DNA of 64,000 bases from positions 6,683 through 70,682 of the forward strand of contig CAZQXN010000004.1 of NCBI GenBank assembly GCA_964597545.1, read 5' to 3'. A program made the position numbers and the translations under genes. Of this stretch, positions 38,464 to 48,097 are shown in pieces. Source of the stretch: an uncultured Planctomycetia bacterium (GTDB lineage Bacteria; Omnitrophota; Gorgyraeia; 1-14-0-20-64-10). How positions within the stretch are numbered: the first letter of the stretch is position 1; each line of letters starts with the position of its first letter. The notes beneath the pieces were generated by a model. It searched no databases. It was not told where the DNA came from and worked only from the letters and a program-made list of their open reading frames with translations.

Positions 38464-39138
38464 ATGAACTGGATGCTTGGAACAGCAGCAGATTCTGTTA
38501 GAGCAGTGTTTGTCCGGGTGGGTAATTTCCTCCCAACTCTCTTCGGGGCGATTATCATACTCGTCATCGGTTGGGTGGTCGCCAGGATCGGTCAACGTCT
38601 CCTGGTGCAGTTCCTCAAAGCTGTCCGCCTGGATGATTTGTCACAGAAGGCGCGCATTTCTGATTTTCTCCAGAAGGGAGAAGTGAAGTATTCCCTCTCG
38701 GAGCTGCTCGGCGTCTTTCTGTATTGGTTGATTGTCTTGGCAACCCTTCTGGCCGCGCTCAACGCATTAGGTCTAACCGTTGCCGCAGAGCTCTTAGAGC
38801 GCGTTTTGGGCTATGTGCCCAGCGTCATGGCCGGCGTGATTGTACTGATCCTCGGGCTCTTTCTGGCAGCCCTGGTTGGCGGGATCGTGCAAACAGCGGC
38901 AGCCAACGTAGGCATAGCTCAAGCCAAAGGTTTGGGTCAGATTTCTCGAGTGGTTGTGATTATCTTTGCTGCGGCGATCGCACTGGAGAAGTTCTTCAGC
39001 TCCGTGATTATTCAGACAACATTTACGATCGTCGTGGGCGCCGTAGCCTTTGGTGCGGCTCTGGCGTTTGGCCTGGGATGTAAGGAGATCGCCGGAAAAG
39101 CGATCGCTGATTTCATCGAGAAGGTCAAGGGGAGGTAA
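38464..39138 (+). CDS. Membrane protein with MscS-associated TM-helix repeats (CmpX-like)
   Basis: Repeats FLPTLFGAIIILVIGW and YVPSVMAGVIVLILG, plus a terminal ALAFGLG motif. Strong AGGAGG RBS. Confidence 0.8.
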   Translation: MNWMLGTAADSVRAVFVRVGNFLPTLFGAIIILVIGWVVARIGQRLLVQFLKAVRLDDLSQKARISDFLQKGEVKYSLSELLGVFLYWLIVLATLLAALNALGLTVAAELLERVLGYVPSVMAGVIVLILGLFLAALVGGIVQTAAANVGIAQAKGLGQISRVVVIIFAAAIALEKFFSSVIIQTTFTIVVGAVAFGAALAFGLGCKEIAGKAIADFIEKVKGR

Positions 39139-39172
39139 TCGACTCCAACCATTGAACGTTGAACTGAACAAC

Positions 39173-39210
39173 AAAAAGGGGTTCCTCTAGCCGGAGGGAC
39201 CCCTTTTTTT
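39173..39210 (+). terminator. Rho-independent terminator
   Basis: aaaaaggggttcctc-loop-gagggacccc followed by a T7 tract. Confidence 0.85.
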
Positions 39211-39322
39211 CTTTGAGGGCACAACTTACGGAAGCTCGAAGAGCTTTCGTAAGTTGACCGCCCGAAAAGATCCCGGCCCGACCGACAGGGAGTGGTCGGG
39301 GTACATTTGAAGAGGAGCGTCG

Positions 39323-40360
39323 ATGCGTATCGGAATGACCTATGACCTGAGAACAAGCTACCTCTTCAGGTCTGGCGATCCCAAGGATGCCAACGCAGAG
39401 TTTGATCATCCAGACACCGTCCAAGTGATTGCAGATGCCCTGACGGCGCTCGGGCATGAGGTCATTCGCATTGGCAATGTCGAGCAGCTGCTCGCCCGAC
39501 TGGACCGCCTAGAAGCGGATCTGGTCTTCAACATTGCTGAAGGGTATGCCGGGCGCAACCGGGAATCCCAAGTGCCGATCCTGCTGGAGCTTCGTGGGTT
39601 TCCTTACGTCGGTTCCGACGGCCTCACCCAGGCGGCAACACTCGACAAGTTGGTGACCAAGCGGCTCCTCAAGGCGGAGGGCATCCCGACCCCCGACTTT
39701 TTCCAGATTCACGATCCCAACGAGCTCCTTCCCAAGAATCTCACCTTCCCCTTGATGGCCAAGCCCCGCTATGAAGGCTCCAGCAAGGGGCTCTCTGAGC
39801 AGTCGATTGTTCGCTCCGAAGAGGAGCTCAGATCGCAGGCGGCATGGATCATTGAAACCTATCATCAGCCGGCGCTGGTGGAGGCCTTCATCTGCGGCAC
39901 CGAGTACACCATTGCCCTCATCGGAAACAACACCCCCGAGACCCTGCCAACCGTCCAGATTCAGATCGACGGCAAACTCAAGCTCGGAGAGCTCTTTTAT
40001 ACCCATTCCAGAATCGCCGCGGGGGCAGATTACATCTGCCCGGCTCAGATCGATGCCAAGCTTGATGGGCGCCTCAAGGCTTTGGCGCAGGCCACCTACC
40101 GTGCGGTAGACTGCTTGGACTTCGGACGGGTTGATTTTCGAGTGGATGAAGCAGGCCGCCCCTATGTCCTGGAGCTCAATCCCTTACCGTCTCTCTCCAC
40201 CGAGGATGTCTTTATGATTGTGGCGAAGCAGATGGGATTGGGCTACGCCGACATGATTGGACGGATTGTGGATGCAGCGGTTACGCGCCAAGGGTTACAG
40301 GTTCTGTCCCGTCCGGAGAATGCACCGGCTGCAGTGGCTGTCACAGGGAGCGCTCGATGA
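39323..40360 (+). CDS. D-Ala-D-Ala ligase-like ATP-grasp protein 1
   Basis: VFNIAEG...RE.QVP, KPRYEGSSKG, VEAFI.G.E, GRVDFR and LELNPLP. Confidence 0.88.
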   Translation: MRIGMTYDLRTSYLFRSGDPKDANAEFDHPDTVQVIADALTALGHEVIRIGNVEQLLARLDRLEADLVFNIAEGYAGRNRESQVPILLELRGFPYVGSDGLTQAATLDKLVTKRLLKAEGIPTPDFFQIHDPNELLPKNLTFPLMAKPRYEGSSKGLSEQSIVRSEEELRSQAAWIIETYHQPALVEAFICGTEYTIALIGNNTPETLPTVQIQIDGKLKLGELFYTHSRIAAGADYICPAQIDAKLDGRLKALAQATYRAVDCLDFGRVDFRVDEAGRPYVLELNPLPSLSTEDVFMIVAKQMGLGYADMIGRIVDAAVTRQGLQVLSRPENAPAAVAVTGSAR

Positions 40361-41586
40361 GAGTTGCCCTCATCCATAACGTCAAGCCCAAGAAGAAGCT
40401 TCCGGATCTGCCCTTTGATTACTATTCGGAGTGTGACAGCCCCGCAACAGTTTCCGCCATTGCCAAAGCACTCCGGCGCCAAAGATTCACTGTTTTACCG
40501 GTTGAGGCGAATCATCGTCTTCCGGCGTGGCTCAAGCGCAACCACGTGGATTTGGCCTTCAACATTGCCGAAGGTTTCTACGGCGATGCGCGGGAGGCCC
40601 GCGTGCCGGCCCTCCTGGAGTTGTTGGAGATTCCCTACACCGGTTCCGGGGTTCTTGCTTTGGTCTTGGCGTTGGACAAGAACAAGGCCAAGCATTTGTT
40701 CCGCTCGGCCGGGGTTCCGACCCCCAACTTCCAGCTCTTCCTCCATCCCGACGAACCGATCAAGCGCCAGCTGCAATTTCCGCTGATCGTCAAACCCAAC
40801 CGGGAAGGTTCCGGCAAAGGGATTTGGGCCTCCAGCGTGGTCCACGACGAGAAGGCTTTTCGGACCCAGCTGCGGTTGGTCCACGATCGCTATGCCCAGG
40901 AAGTCTTGGTTGAGGAGTACATTGAAGGGACGGAGTTGACGGTGGGCCTGCTGGGAGGCGATGAGGTCCTGCCGGTTCTGGAGGTGGATTTCAGCGGGTG
41001 CGAATCTTCAGGGGAATTCTTCTACTCCTGGCGGATGAAAGAGTTCCAGGGCAATCAGGAGATGGGGCTCACCCCCAGCTTCTGGTGCCCGGCACGCTTG
41101 GATCCCGGGATGACCCAAGCGGTCCAATCGGTGGCCTGGAGGGCTGCCCGGGCTCTGGGGGCCAATGAGTTGGCGCGGGTGGATATCCGCTTAAGCTCCG
41201 ACGGCATTCCCTATGTCCTGGAGGTCAATCCCCTCCCGGGGTTGGATCCGGCGGAGTCCAACCTGCCGCTGATGGCAAAGGCGGCGGGGATGTCGTACGA
41301 CACCCTGATTCAGCGAATCGTCACACTCGCCGTTTCGAATCGCACCCTGCGCTCTGGACGCATGGCACACTTAAAAGCCATTCCTCCGAAAGCGGGAGCT
41401 TCTTTATCTTCTCCATCTTCCCAGAAAGCTCACTCGACCCTGAGGCGCTCAAAGAAGCGCCCCCTGACGCCTGCCAAGAAAGGGTCGGGTTCCGCGGGAG
41501 AAGCTGTTGCGGTGCGCAGCACTTCAAGACGGCGCACCCTCTCCCCTCGGAAAACCCAAGCAAAGGAGGGACGCCTTGGACGATAG
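40357..41586 (+). CDS. D-Ala-D-Ala ligase-like ATP-grasp protein 2 with basic tail
   Basis: FNIAEG..REARVP, YTGSG, KPNREGSGKG, ARVDIR and LEVNPLPG; K/R/S-rich C-terminal extension. Confidence 0.88.
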   Translation: MRVALIHNVKPKKKLPDLPFDYYSECDSPATVSAIAKALRRQRFTVLPVEANHRLPAWLKRNHVDLAFNIAEGFYGDAREARVPALLELLEIPYTGSGVLALVLALDKNKAKHLFRSAGVPTPNFQLFLHPDEPIKRQLQFPLIVKPNREGSGKGIWASSVVHDEKAFRTQLRLVHDRYAQEVLVEEYIEGTELTVGLLGGDEVLPVLEVDFSGCESSGEFFYSWRMKEFQGNQEMGLTPSFWCPARLDPGMTQAVQSVAWRAARALGANELARVDIRLSSDGIPYVLEVNPLPGLDPAESNLPLMAKAAGMSYDTLIQRIVTLAVSNRTLRSGRMAHLKAIPPKAGASLSSPSSQKAHSTLRRSKKRPLTPAKKGSGSAGEAVAVRSTSRRRTLSPRKTQAKEGRLGR

Positions 41587-42841
41587 CACTCGTCGCATCC
41601 CCCTCTGGAAGCATGTGCGCCCAGAGGATTGGGAAGACTGGCATTGGCAGTTGCGAAACCGCATCACCACGGTGGATCAATTACGCCGGATTGTCTCATT
41701 GACCCCCGAGGAAGAGTATGCGTGTGCCCAGCGAGAGGGCCGACTCGTCATGGCCATCCCCCCTTACTGGGCCTCTCTCATGGATCCGAAGGATCCCAAC
41801 TGTCCCGTCCGTTTGCAGACAGTACCCCTGGATCAGGAGTTTAATATTCGAGCGCACGACATGGAAGATCCCTGCGGTGAAGACGCCGACATGCCGGTGC
41901 CGGGGCTGGTGCATCGCTATCCCGACCGAGTGCTTTTCTTGGTTACCGAGCAGTGTGCGATGTACTGCCGCCACTGTACCCGCAGGCGTTTGGTGGGGGT
42001 GAATCACGGCCTGGCTTCCAGTCATGAGCGGGTCTACCAGTATCTTAAGGCGCACCCAGAGGTCCGGGATGTGCTGATCTCCGGCGGGGATCCCCTCATG
42101 ATGACCGATACCCGCCTCCATCAGATCTTGGGCCGGCTTCGGGAGATTCCCCACCTGGAGTTCATCCGAATTGGCTCTCGAACGCCGGTGACCATGCCGC
42201 AGCGCGTTACCCCGGAACTGTGTGAGATGCTTAAAGCGCATAAGCCGATCTGGATGAGCCTGCATTTCTGTCACCCCAAGGAGATTACACCGCGCGTCCA
42301 ACAGGCCTTGGAGATGCTGGCCGACAGCGGTGTCCCCTTAGGTTCGCAGACGGTGCTCTTAAAGGGGATCAACACGGATCCGGCGGTGATGAAGAAGCTG
42401 ATGCATGAGCTGCTCAAGGCGAGGGTCAAACCCTACTACATCTATCAGTGCGATATGGCGCAGGGGATCAGCCACTTTCGCACCAAGGTGGAGACAGGGG
42501 TTCGGATCATCGAGGCTCTGCGGGGACACACCTCAGGTTATGCCGTTCCGACCTTTGTGATTGACGGCCCCGGCGGAGAAGGAAAGGTTCCGATCCATCC
42601 CGACACCGTCATCTCCTATAAACGGGGGGTGATCAAGCTGCGCAATTATGCCGGCAAGCTCCTCACCTACCATGAGCCGGATGAGGTTGAGGAGGAAGAG
42701 GAGCTTTTGGTGCCGGTTCCGGTTCGATCCAACGGCAACGGCCACAGAAACGGCAACGGCCACAAGAATGGCAACGGCCACAAGAATGGCAACGGCTCTA
42801 AGGGGCGCGCAGCGGTTAAGGCCCGCACCAACGGCAACTAA
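41576..42841 (+). CDS. kamA: KamA family radical SAM enzyme (lysine 2,3-aminomutase-like)
   Basis: W.DW.WQ..NRI, LVHRYPDR, CAMYCRHCTRRR, SGGDP and LRGHTSGYAVP. AAGGAGG RBS before the TTG at 41576; NGNGH(K/R) repeats at the C-terminus. Confidence 0.9.
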   Translation: MDDSTRRIPLWKHVRPEDWEDWHWQLRNRITTVDQLRRIVSLTPEEEYACAQREGRLVMAIPPYWASLMDPKDPNCPVRLQTVPLDQEFNIRAHDMEDPCGEDADMPVPGLVHRYPDRVLFLVTEQCAMYCRHCTRRRLVGVNHGLASSHERVYQYLKAHPEVRDVLISGGDPLMMTDTRLHQILGRLREIPHLEFIRIGSRTPVTMPQRVTPELCEMLKAHKPIWMSLHFCHPKEITPRVQQALEMLADSGVPLGSQTVLLKGINTDPAVMKKLMHELLKARVKPYYIYQCDMAQGISHFRTKVETGVRIIEALRGHTSGYAVPTFVIDGPGGEGKVPIHPDTVISYKRGVIKLRNYAGKLLTYHEPDEVEEEEELLVPVPVRSNGNGHRNGNGHKNGNGHKNGNGSKGRAAVKARTNGN

Positions 42842-42846
42842 GATCT

Positions 42847-42943
42847 AAAATCTGGTACCGTAAAATCTGGTACCGGGTACACTTTTCAACAGTGTACCCG
42901 GTACCTTTGTTTTGTTGACGGATCCCTTCCGTACCTGGTACCG
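42847..42943. repeat. GGTACC-family REP-like cluster
   Basis: aaaatctggtaccg twice, ggtaccgggtacac...gtgtacccggtacc and gtacctggtacc. Confidence 0.75.
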
Positions 42944-42954
42944 TCTTTGTTGTC

Positions 42955-44061
42955 ATGGGATTTAGCTGCGGAATTGTAGGCCTGCCCAACGTGGGCAAAT
43001 CGACCCTCTTCAATGCGCTCGCTCGGACCGCCGTTGCTGCCGAGAGTTACCCCTTCTGCACCATTGAGCCCAATGTCGGGGTAGTTCCAGTGCCCGATCC
43101 CCGCCTGCAGGCTTTAGCTCAGATCGTCTCTCCCGAGAAGACCATACCCACCTCCATGCGCTTTGTTGACATTGCAGGCCTCGTTAAAGGGGCTTCACAG
43201 GGAGAAGGTTTGGGCAACCAGTTCTTAGGGCACATTGCCGAGGTGGAGGCCATCGCCCAGGTGGTTCGATGTTTCGAGGATCCCAACGTTGTTCATGTCT
43301 CAGGGGCTGTGGATCCCAAGCGGGATTTGGAGGTCATTGCGACTGAGCTTGCCCTGCGGGATCTCGAGACGGTAACTTCGGCCATCGCCCGACTTGAAAA
43401 GGTGGCCAAGTCCGGCGACAAGAAGGCCAAGGCGGCTGTGGAGGTCCTGCGCCTTGCGGAGAAACCTCTTCAAGAAGGCCGCCGGGTTGAGCCCATCCTG
43501 AAGGACCTTTCTGAAGCTGAGCTGGAGGCGTTGAAGGCCGTCAATCTCTTGACCGCCAAGCCGATGCTCTACGTCGCCAACATCGACGAGAAATCAATCT
43601 CGGGCGGGACACCCCATCTGGCGGCGCTTCAGGAAGCGGCCAAGGCAGAGGGGGTCCCAGTGGTGCCGATTTGCGGCGCCATTGAATCCCAGATCGCTGC
43701 TCTGGATACCGAGGCCGAGCGGGAGGAGTTCTTGAAAGCCGAGGGGCTCACCGAATCGGGACTCAACCGCTTGATTCGGGCAGGGCACGAGCTTTTAGGG
43801 CTCATTGTCTTTTTCACCGCTGTCGGCGGCAAGGAATGCCGTGCTTGGACCATTCGCCGGGGTGCAACCGCCCTGGAGGCAGCCGGCAAGGTTCACACCG
43901 ACATGGCACGCGGCTTCATTCGCGCCGAGGTGTCCGGCTTCGATGATTTTATCTCCTGCAAAGGGGAGGCCGCAGCCCGCAGCCAGGGGAAGCTTCGCCA
44001 GGAGGGTAAGGAGTACGTCATTGAGGACGGCGACGTGATCCACTTCCGCTTCTCGGTTTAG
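42955..44061 (+). CDS. ychF: Redox-regulated ATPase YchF
   Basis: [45 protein letters not shown] and EGKEY...DGD. Confidence 0.97.
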   Translation: MGFSCGIVGLPNVGKSTLFNALARTAVAAESYPFCTIEPNVGVVPVPDPRLQALAQIVSPEKTIPTSMRFVDIAGLVKGASQGEGLGNQFLGHIAEVEAIAQVVRCFEDPNVVHVSGAVDPKRDLEVIATELALRDLETVTSAIARLEKVAKSGDKKAKAAVEVLRLAEKPLQEGRRVEPILKDLSEAELEALKAVNLLTAKPMLYVANIDEKSISGGTPHLAALQEAAKAEGVPVVPICGAIESQIAALDTEAEREEFLKAEGLTESGLNRLIRAGHELLGLIVFFTAVGGKECRAWTIRRGATALEAAGKVHTDMARGFIRAEVSGFDDFISCKGEAAARSQGKLRQEGKEYVIEDGDVIHFRFSV

Positions 44062-44107
44062 GCTCTCTCCGGTGTTCCACATTCGGGTGGTGTGATAAAA
44101 TACGGAT

Positions 44108-45649
44108 GTGATTCTTCCATCCCGACGAACATTCCGCACCCTTTCCCGCCTCAAACAGTGGGTCCCCGTCGCTGCATCGGTCCCGCTGGAATCAGAGGCT
44201 CAAACCCTTTTTGAGGTGCTGAAGACCTCTTCCCCCAGCATTCTGCTGGAATCTGCCCGCACCCATCCGGTGACCGGCCGCTACAGCTTGATCGCAGGCT
44301 CCCCCTCCGAGGTTCTCATGGCTAAGGGGGATCAGGTTGAGCTTGAGCAGGGAGGCAAAATCCGGCAGCTGCACAGCCACCCTCTCAAGGCACTTCAAGC
44401 CTGCCTTGCTGCTAAGCCGACCCTGCGCATCAAGGGACTGCCTCCCTTTGTGGGGGGTGCGGTTGGATTCTTGGGCTACGATCTCTATCGATCCTTAAAC
44501 GAGACTGTGCGCAGCGCCCTTGTCTCTGCTGTGGATGATCTGAACCTCCCAGATCTGGCTTTCCTCTTTTGTGATGAGGCTGTGGTTGTAGATCATCTGC
44601 TCCAGAAATTGTGGGTCATTGTTTTGGCCCCTCCGGGTGAGCGTCCGGACTCTGTTTATGCGCAGGCCGTGTCCAGAATCGATCAACAACTGGAGCGATT
44701 AAAGCGTTCCCCCGACCCGGTCCCGTCGCGTACTGCCGACTTCTTAGCAGGTGAAAGCGGGGCACAAAGCACACACACCCGCTCTGGTTTTCAGGCGATG
44801 GTACGTCAAGCCAAGGCATTCATTGCCGACGGTGAAATCTACCAAGCCAACCTTTCGCAGCGCTTCTCGATGGATCTGACAGCCGATCCTTGGGTCCTGT
44901 ACCGGCGCCTGGCAGAGGTGAACCCCTCCCCCTTTGCTGCCTTTGCTGATTTTCCAGCTCTTGGCCCTTGGGGAGGCCCCCTCCAGATTGTCTCAGCTTC
45001 TCCCGAGCGGTTTCTTAAGGTGACCGATCAAAAGGTGGAGACCCGTCCGATTGCAGGGACCCGACCTCGAGGGCACACGGCCGCAGAGACCACCCGGTTG
45101 CGGCGGGAATTGATCCTCAATGAGAAGGAGCGGGCCGAACATTTGATGCTGGTGGACTTAGAACGCAATGACTTAGGCCGCATCTGCCGCTATGGAACGG
45201 TTCGAGTGGATGATCCCATGGTTTTGGAAGAGTACTCCCACGTCATCCATATCGTCTCCAATGTTTCTGGGCTCCTTGAGCCCCAGGTTCAGGTGAAGGA
45301 TTTGATCGTCGCCACCTTCCCAGGGGGGACGATCAGCGGATGCCCCAAGATCCGCTCCTTGGAGATCATCGATGCGTTGGAACCTGTTCAGCGCCAGCTC
45401 TATACCGGCGCCTTGGGGTATATCAGCTACACCGGAGATATGGATCTGAATCTTCTGATTCGAACCGCCTTCGTGACAGGGGCCCAAGCTTTTGTGCAGG
45501 TGGGTTCCGGCATTGTGGCTGATTCCGATCCAGGCAGGGAATACGAAGAGACCCTTCACAAAGGCCAAGCCCTTATGGAGACCTTTAATGGCAGCGAGCA
45601 ATCAAGCCTTAAGCAGGTTGGAAGCCTCAGCGGTTCCGCCGCTGGTTGA
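44108..45649 (+). CDS. pabB: Chorismate-binding enzyme (aminodeoxychorismate synthase / anthranilate synthase component I)
   Basis: LLESA, GEIYQANLSQRF, SASPERF, PIAGTRPRG and EHLMLVDLERNDL. Its neighbours are a class IV aminotransferase gene and folC. Confidence 0.82.
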   Translation: MILPSRRTFRTLSRLKQWVPVAASVPLESEAQTLFEVLKTSSPSILLESARTHPVTGRYSLIAGSPSEVLMAKGDQVELEQGGKIRQLHSHPLKALQACLAAKPTLRIKGLPPFVGGAVGFLGYDLYRSLNETVRSALVSAVDDLNLPDLAFLFCDEAVVVDHLLQKLWVIVLAPPGERPDSVYAQAVSRIDQQLERLKRSPDPVPSRTADFLAGESGAQSTHTRSGFQAMVRQAKAFIADGEIYQANLSQRFSMDLTADPWVLYRRLAEVNPSPFAAFADFPALGPWGGPLQIVSASPERFLKVTDQKVETRPIAGTRPRGHTAAETTRLRRELILNEKERAEHLMLVDLERNDLGRICRYGTVRVDDPMVLEEYSHVIHIVSNVSGLLEPQVQVKDLIVATFPGGTISGCPKIRSLEIIDALEPVQRQLYTGALGYISYTGDMDLNLLIRTAFVTGAQAFVQVGSGIVADSDPGREYEETLHKGQALMETFNGSEQSSLKQVGSLSGSAAG

Positions 45650-46397
45650 CGCCTCCGGCGTTTTCGAAACCTGCCGAGTGAAGGCGGGCCGGGTGCTGCA
45701 CCTTGAAGCACACCTCCTTCGGCTTGGGGCTTCGCTCAAGACTGTGGGGATTGCAGCCAAGTCCCTTGCGGAGGTTAGACGCCAACTCAAACAATCCGCC
45801 CAGGGAATTCAAGACGGGTACGTACGTGTTGCGCTGCGCCGCACTTGGAATGCCCAAGGTGGACCTAAGATCCTGGTCCACCGACATCCAGGGGTTCCCT
45901 ATTCCAAGAAGAAGATCATGCGCGGGTTGGAGATCCGAACCGTTCCCACGCCCTGGCCCGCAGGTGAGCCGGCGCTGGCGCAGGTGAAGGGATCTGAGCG
46001 ATTAAGTGGTATCCTAGGACGGATAGAGGCCGGCGGCGCTACAGAGGCGCTGCGGCTGGGACCCTTAGGGCTGCTGACCGAAGGAACGGCCAGCAACCTC
46101 TTTCTCGTTAAAGCAGGAGTGCTGCTCACCCCTCCCCGTTGGGTTGGAGTGCTGGAGGGGGTGACCAGAGCCCAAGTCATGCAGACGGCACGGCGGTTAA
46201 AGATGACGGTTCGCGAGATGCCGATCACACGGCACGATCTTTTCAATGCAGAGGAAGCCTTTCTCACCAACGTACTGATGCCGGTTTTTCCTATTCGGTC
46301 GGTGGACGGTCGACGAATCGGCCAAGGGGTACCGGGTCCGGTGACACAGAAACTGATGCGGCTGATCGATCACCCCTCATTGCGGGAGCACAAGTGA
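45588..46397 (+). CDS. Class IV PLP enzyme (aminodeoxychorismate lyase / branched-chain aminotransferase-like)
   Basis: GVFET.R, HLLRL, EGTASNLF, LEGVTR and AEEAFLTN. Confidence 0.85.
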   Translation: MAASNQALSRLEASAVPPLVDASGVFETCRVKAGRVLHLEAHLLRLGASLKTVGIAAKSLAEVRRQLKQSAQGIQDGYVRVALRRTWNAQGGPKILVHRHPGVPYSKKKIMRGLEIRTVPTPWPAGEPALAQVKGSERLSGILGRIEAGGATEALRLGPLGLLTEGTASNLFLVKAGVLLTPPRWVGVLEGVTRAQVMQTARRLKMTVREMPITRHDLFNAEEAFLTNVLMPVFPIRSVDGRRIGQGVPGPVTQKLMRLIDHPSLREHK

Positions 46398-48001
46398 AGA
46401 AAACATCTCATATCCTCAGGGTCAAGCGGGCACTGGTTTCGGTTTCTGACAAGAGGGATTTGATTCCCTTCGTGGCGGAGCTCAAAAAACTCAAGGTGGA
46501 GGTGATCTCCACTGGAGGCACGGCAAAGCTCTTGAGGCAGGAAGGGATTGCGGTTCGTGAGATTTCAAAGGTGACCGGTTTTCCGGAGATCCTGGGGGGT
46601 CGGGTCAAGACCCTGCACCCCAAGGTCCAGGGCGGGATCCTGGCTGACCGCCGATCCGCCAAGCAGATGAGCCAAGCGCGCAAACTCAAACTGCCGCTCA
46701 TCGATCTGGTGGTGGTGAATCTCTACCCCTTCGAAGCGGCCGAGGCCAAGGAAGCGGCCCTCTCCAAGCTGATTGAGGAGATTGATATCGGAGGCGTTAC
46801 CTTGCTGCGGGCCGCAGCCAAGAACTTTCACTCCGTAGCCGTGGTGTCTCGGCCCGAGCAGTACCCTGAGGTGTTAAGCGAGCTGATCCGATCTGGGGCA
46901 AGGCTTTCTGAGGCGACCCGAAAGCGACTCGCTGTGGCTGCCTTTTCTCAGACCGCCTACTACGACACCCTCATTCACCAGACCCTTGCGCATCGGGGAA
47001 TCGGCCGCAAGCGGTCCTTGTCTGAGGCTTCGGCCCTGTGGCCTGATCACCTGGTCTTGGGATTGACCCGGCGGCAGATCTTACGCTATGGCGAGAACCC
47101 GCACCAGGCAGCGGCTTGGTACCAATGGCCGGCGCTGTGCGGTGGAGTAGGTGCGGGCCTGGCCGGAGGCCGCCAACTGCACGGCAAAGAGCTCTCCTTT
47201 AACAATCTTCTGGATTTGGAAGCAGCCATGCAGGTGACAACATATTTTCGTTCGCCCACCGCAGTTGTGATCAAACACAACAATCCTTGCGGGGTTGCTT
47301 CTTCCGGGTGCCTTCGCTCTGCTTTTGAACAGGCCTTTGCTTGTGATCCGGTCTCTGCCTTTGGCGGGATTGTGGGGCTTAACCGCAAGGTGGATGTAAG
47401 CACCGCTCGAGCCATTGCAGCCAGCGGGTTCCTGGAATGCTTGGTGGCGCCGGGCTACCAGGCAGCGGCCCTGAAGCTTCTTCAGAAGAAGAAAAACCTT
47501 CGCATCCTGGAAGTTCCCAGCATGAGCCAGGGCAAACTCTTTCGATGCCTGGATCTTAAACAGGCAGCCGGAGGCTTGTTGGTGCAGAGTCCGGATACGG
47601 CAGAAAAATCCCCCTCTCGTTGGCGACGGACAACCTCCCTTAAGCCCACCGCCGCACAGATGATCGACCTTGCGTTTGCCTGGAGGCTCACCCGTTTTGT
47701 CCGCTCAAACGCGATTGTGATTGTTAAAGGAGAAAGGACCGTTGGCATTGGTATGGGCCAGCCCAGCCGCGTTGACTCAGTGCGTCTGGCCCTTCGCCAG
47801 GCCGGTCCCAAGGCCAAAGGTGCGATCTTGGCCAGCGATGGTTTCTTCCCCAAGCCGGATGGACCCCGGATGGCCATCCGCGCCGGCATTCGGGCCATCG
47901 TCCAACCGGGCGGATCGGTTCGGGATGCGGAAGTCATCCGGGCAGCACAACAAGGAAGGATCCCCATGCTCCTCACCGGAGAGCGCCACTTCACCCATTA
48001 A
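46394..48001 (+). CDS. purH: Bifunctional AICAR transformylase/IMP cyclohydrolase
   Basis: RALVSVSDK, STGGT, GRVKTLHP, IDIGG, RYGENPHQ, KHNNPCG and ASDGFFP. Confidence 0.97.
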   Translation: MKKTSHILRVKRALVSVSDKRDLIPFVAELKKLKVEVISTGGTAKLLRQEGIAVREISKVTGFPEILGGRVKTLHPKVQGGILADRRSAKQMSQARKLKLPLIDLVVVNLYPFEAAEAKEAALSKLIEEIDIGGVTLLRAAAKNFHSVAVVSRPEQYPEVLSELIRSGARLSEATRKRLAVAAFSQTAYYDTLIHQTLAHRGIGRKRSLSEASALWPDHLVLGLTRRQILRYGENPHQAAAWYQWPALCGGVGAGLAGGRQLHGKELSFNNLLDLEAAMQVTTYFRSPTAVVIKHNNPCGVASSGCLRSAFEQAFACDPVSAFGGIVGLNRKVDVSTARAIAASGFLECLVAPGYQAAALKLLQKKKNLRILEVPSMSQGKLFRCLDLKQAAGGLLVQSPDTAEKSPSRWRRTTSLKPTAAQMIDLAFAWRLTRFVRSNAIVIVKGERTVGIGMGQPSRVDSVRLALRQAGPKAKGAILASDGFFPKPDGPRMAIRAGIRAIVQPGGSVRDAEVIRAAQQGRIPMLLTGERHFTH

Positions 48002-48033
48002 ATCGGTACCTAAATCGGTACCAGGTACCGATT
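48001..48033. repeat. GGTACC-family REP-like cluster
   Basis: aatcggtacctaaatcggtaccaggtaccgatt. Confidence 0.75.
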
Positions 48034-48097
48034 GTTGTTGCAACTGCATGGCACTAGGGCGGTTGCAAGCTACCTGGCACCGATAGGTTTTCATGAG

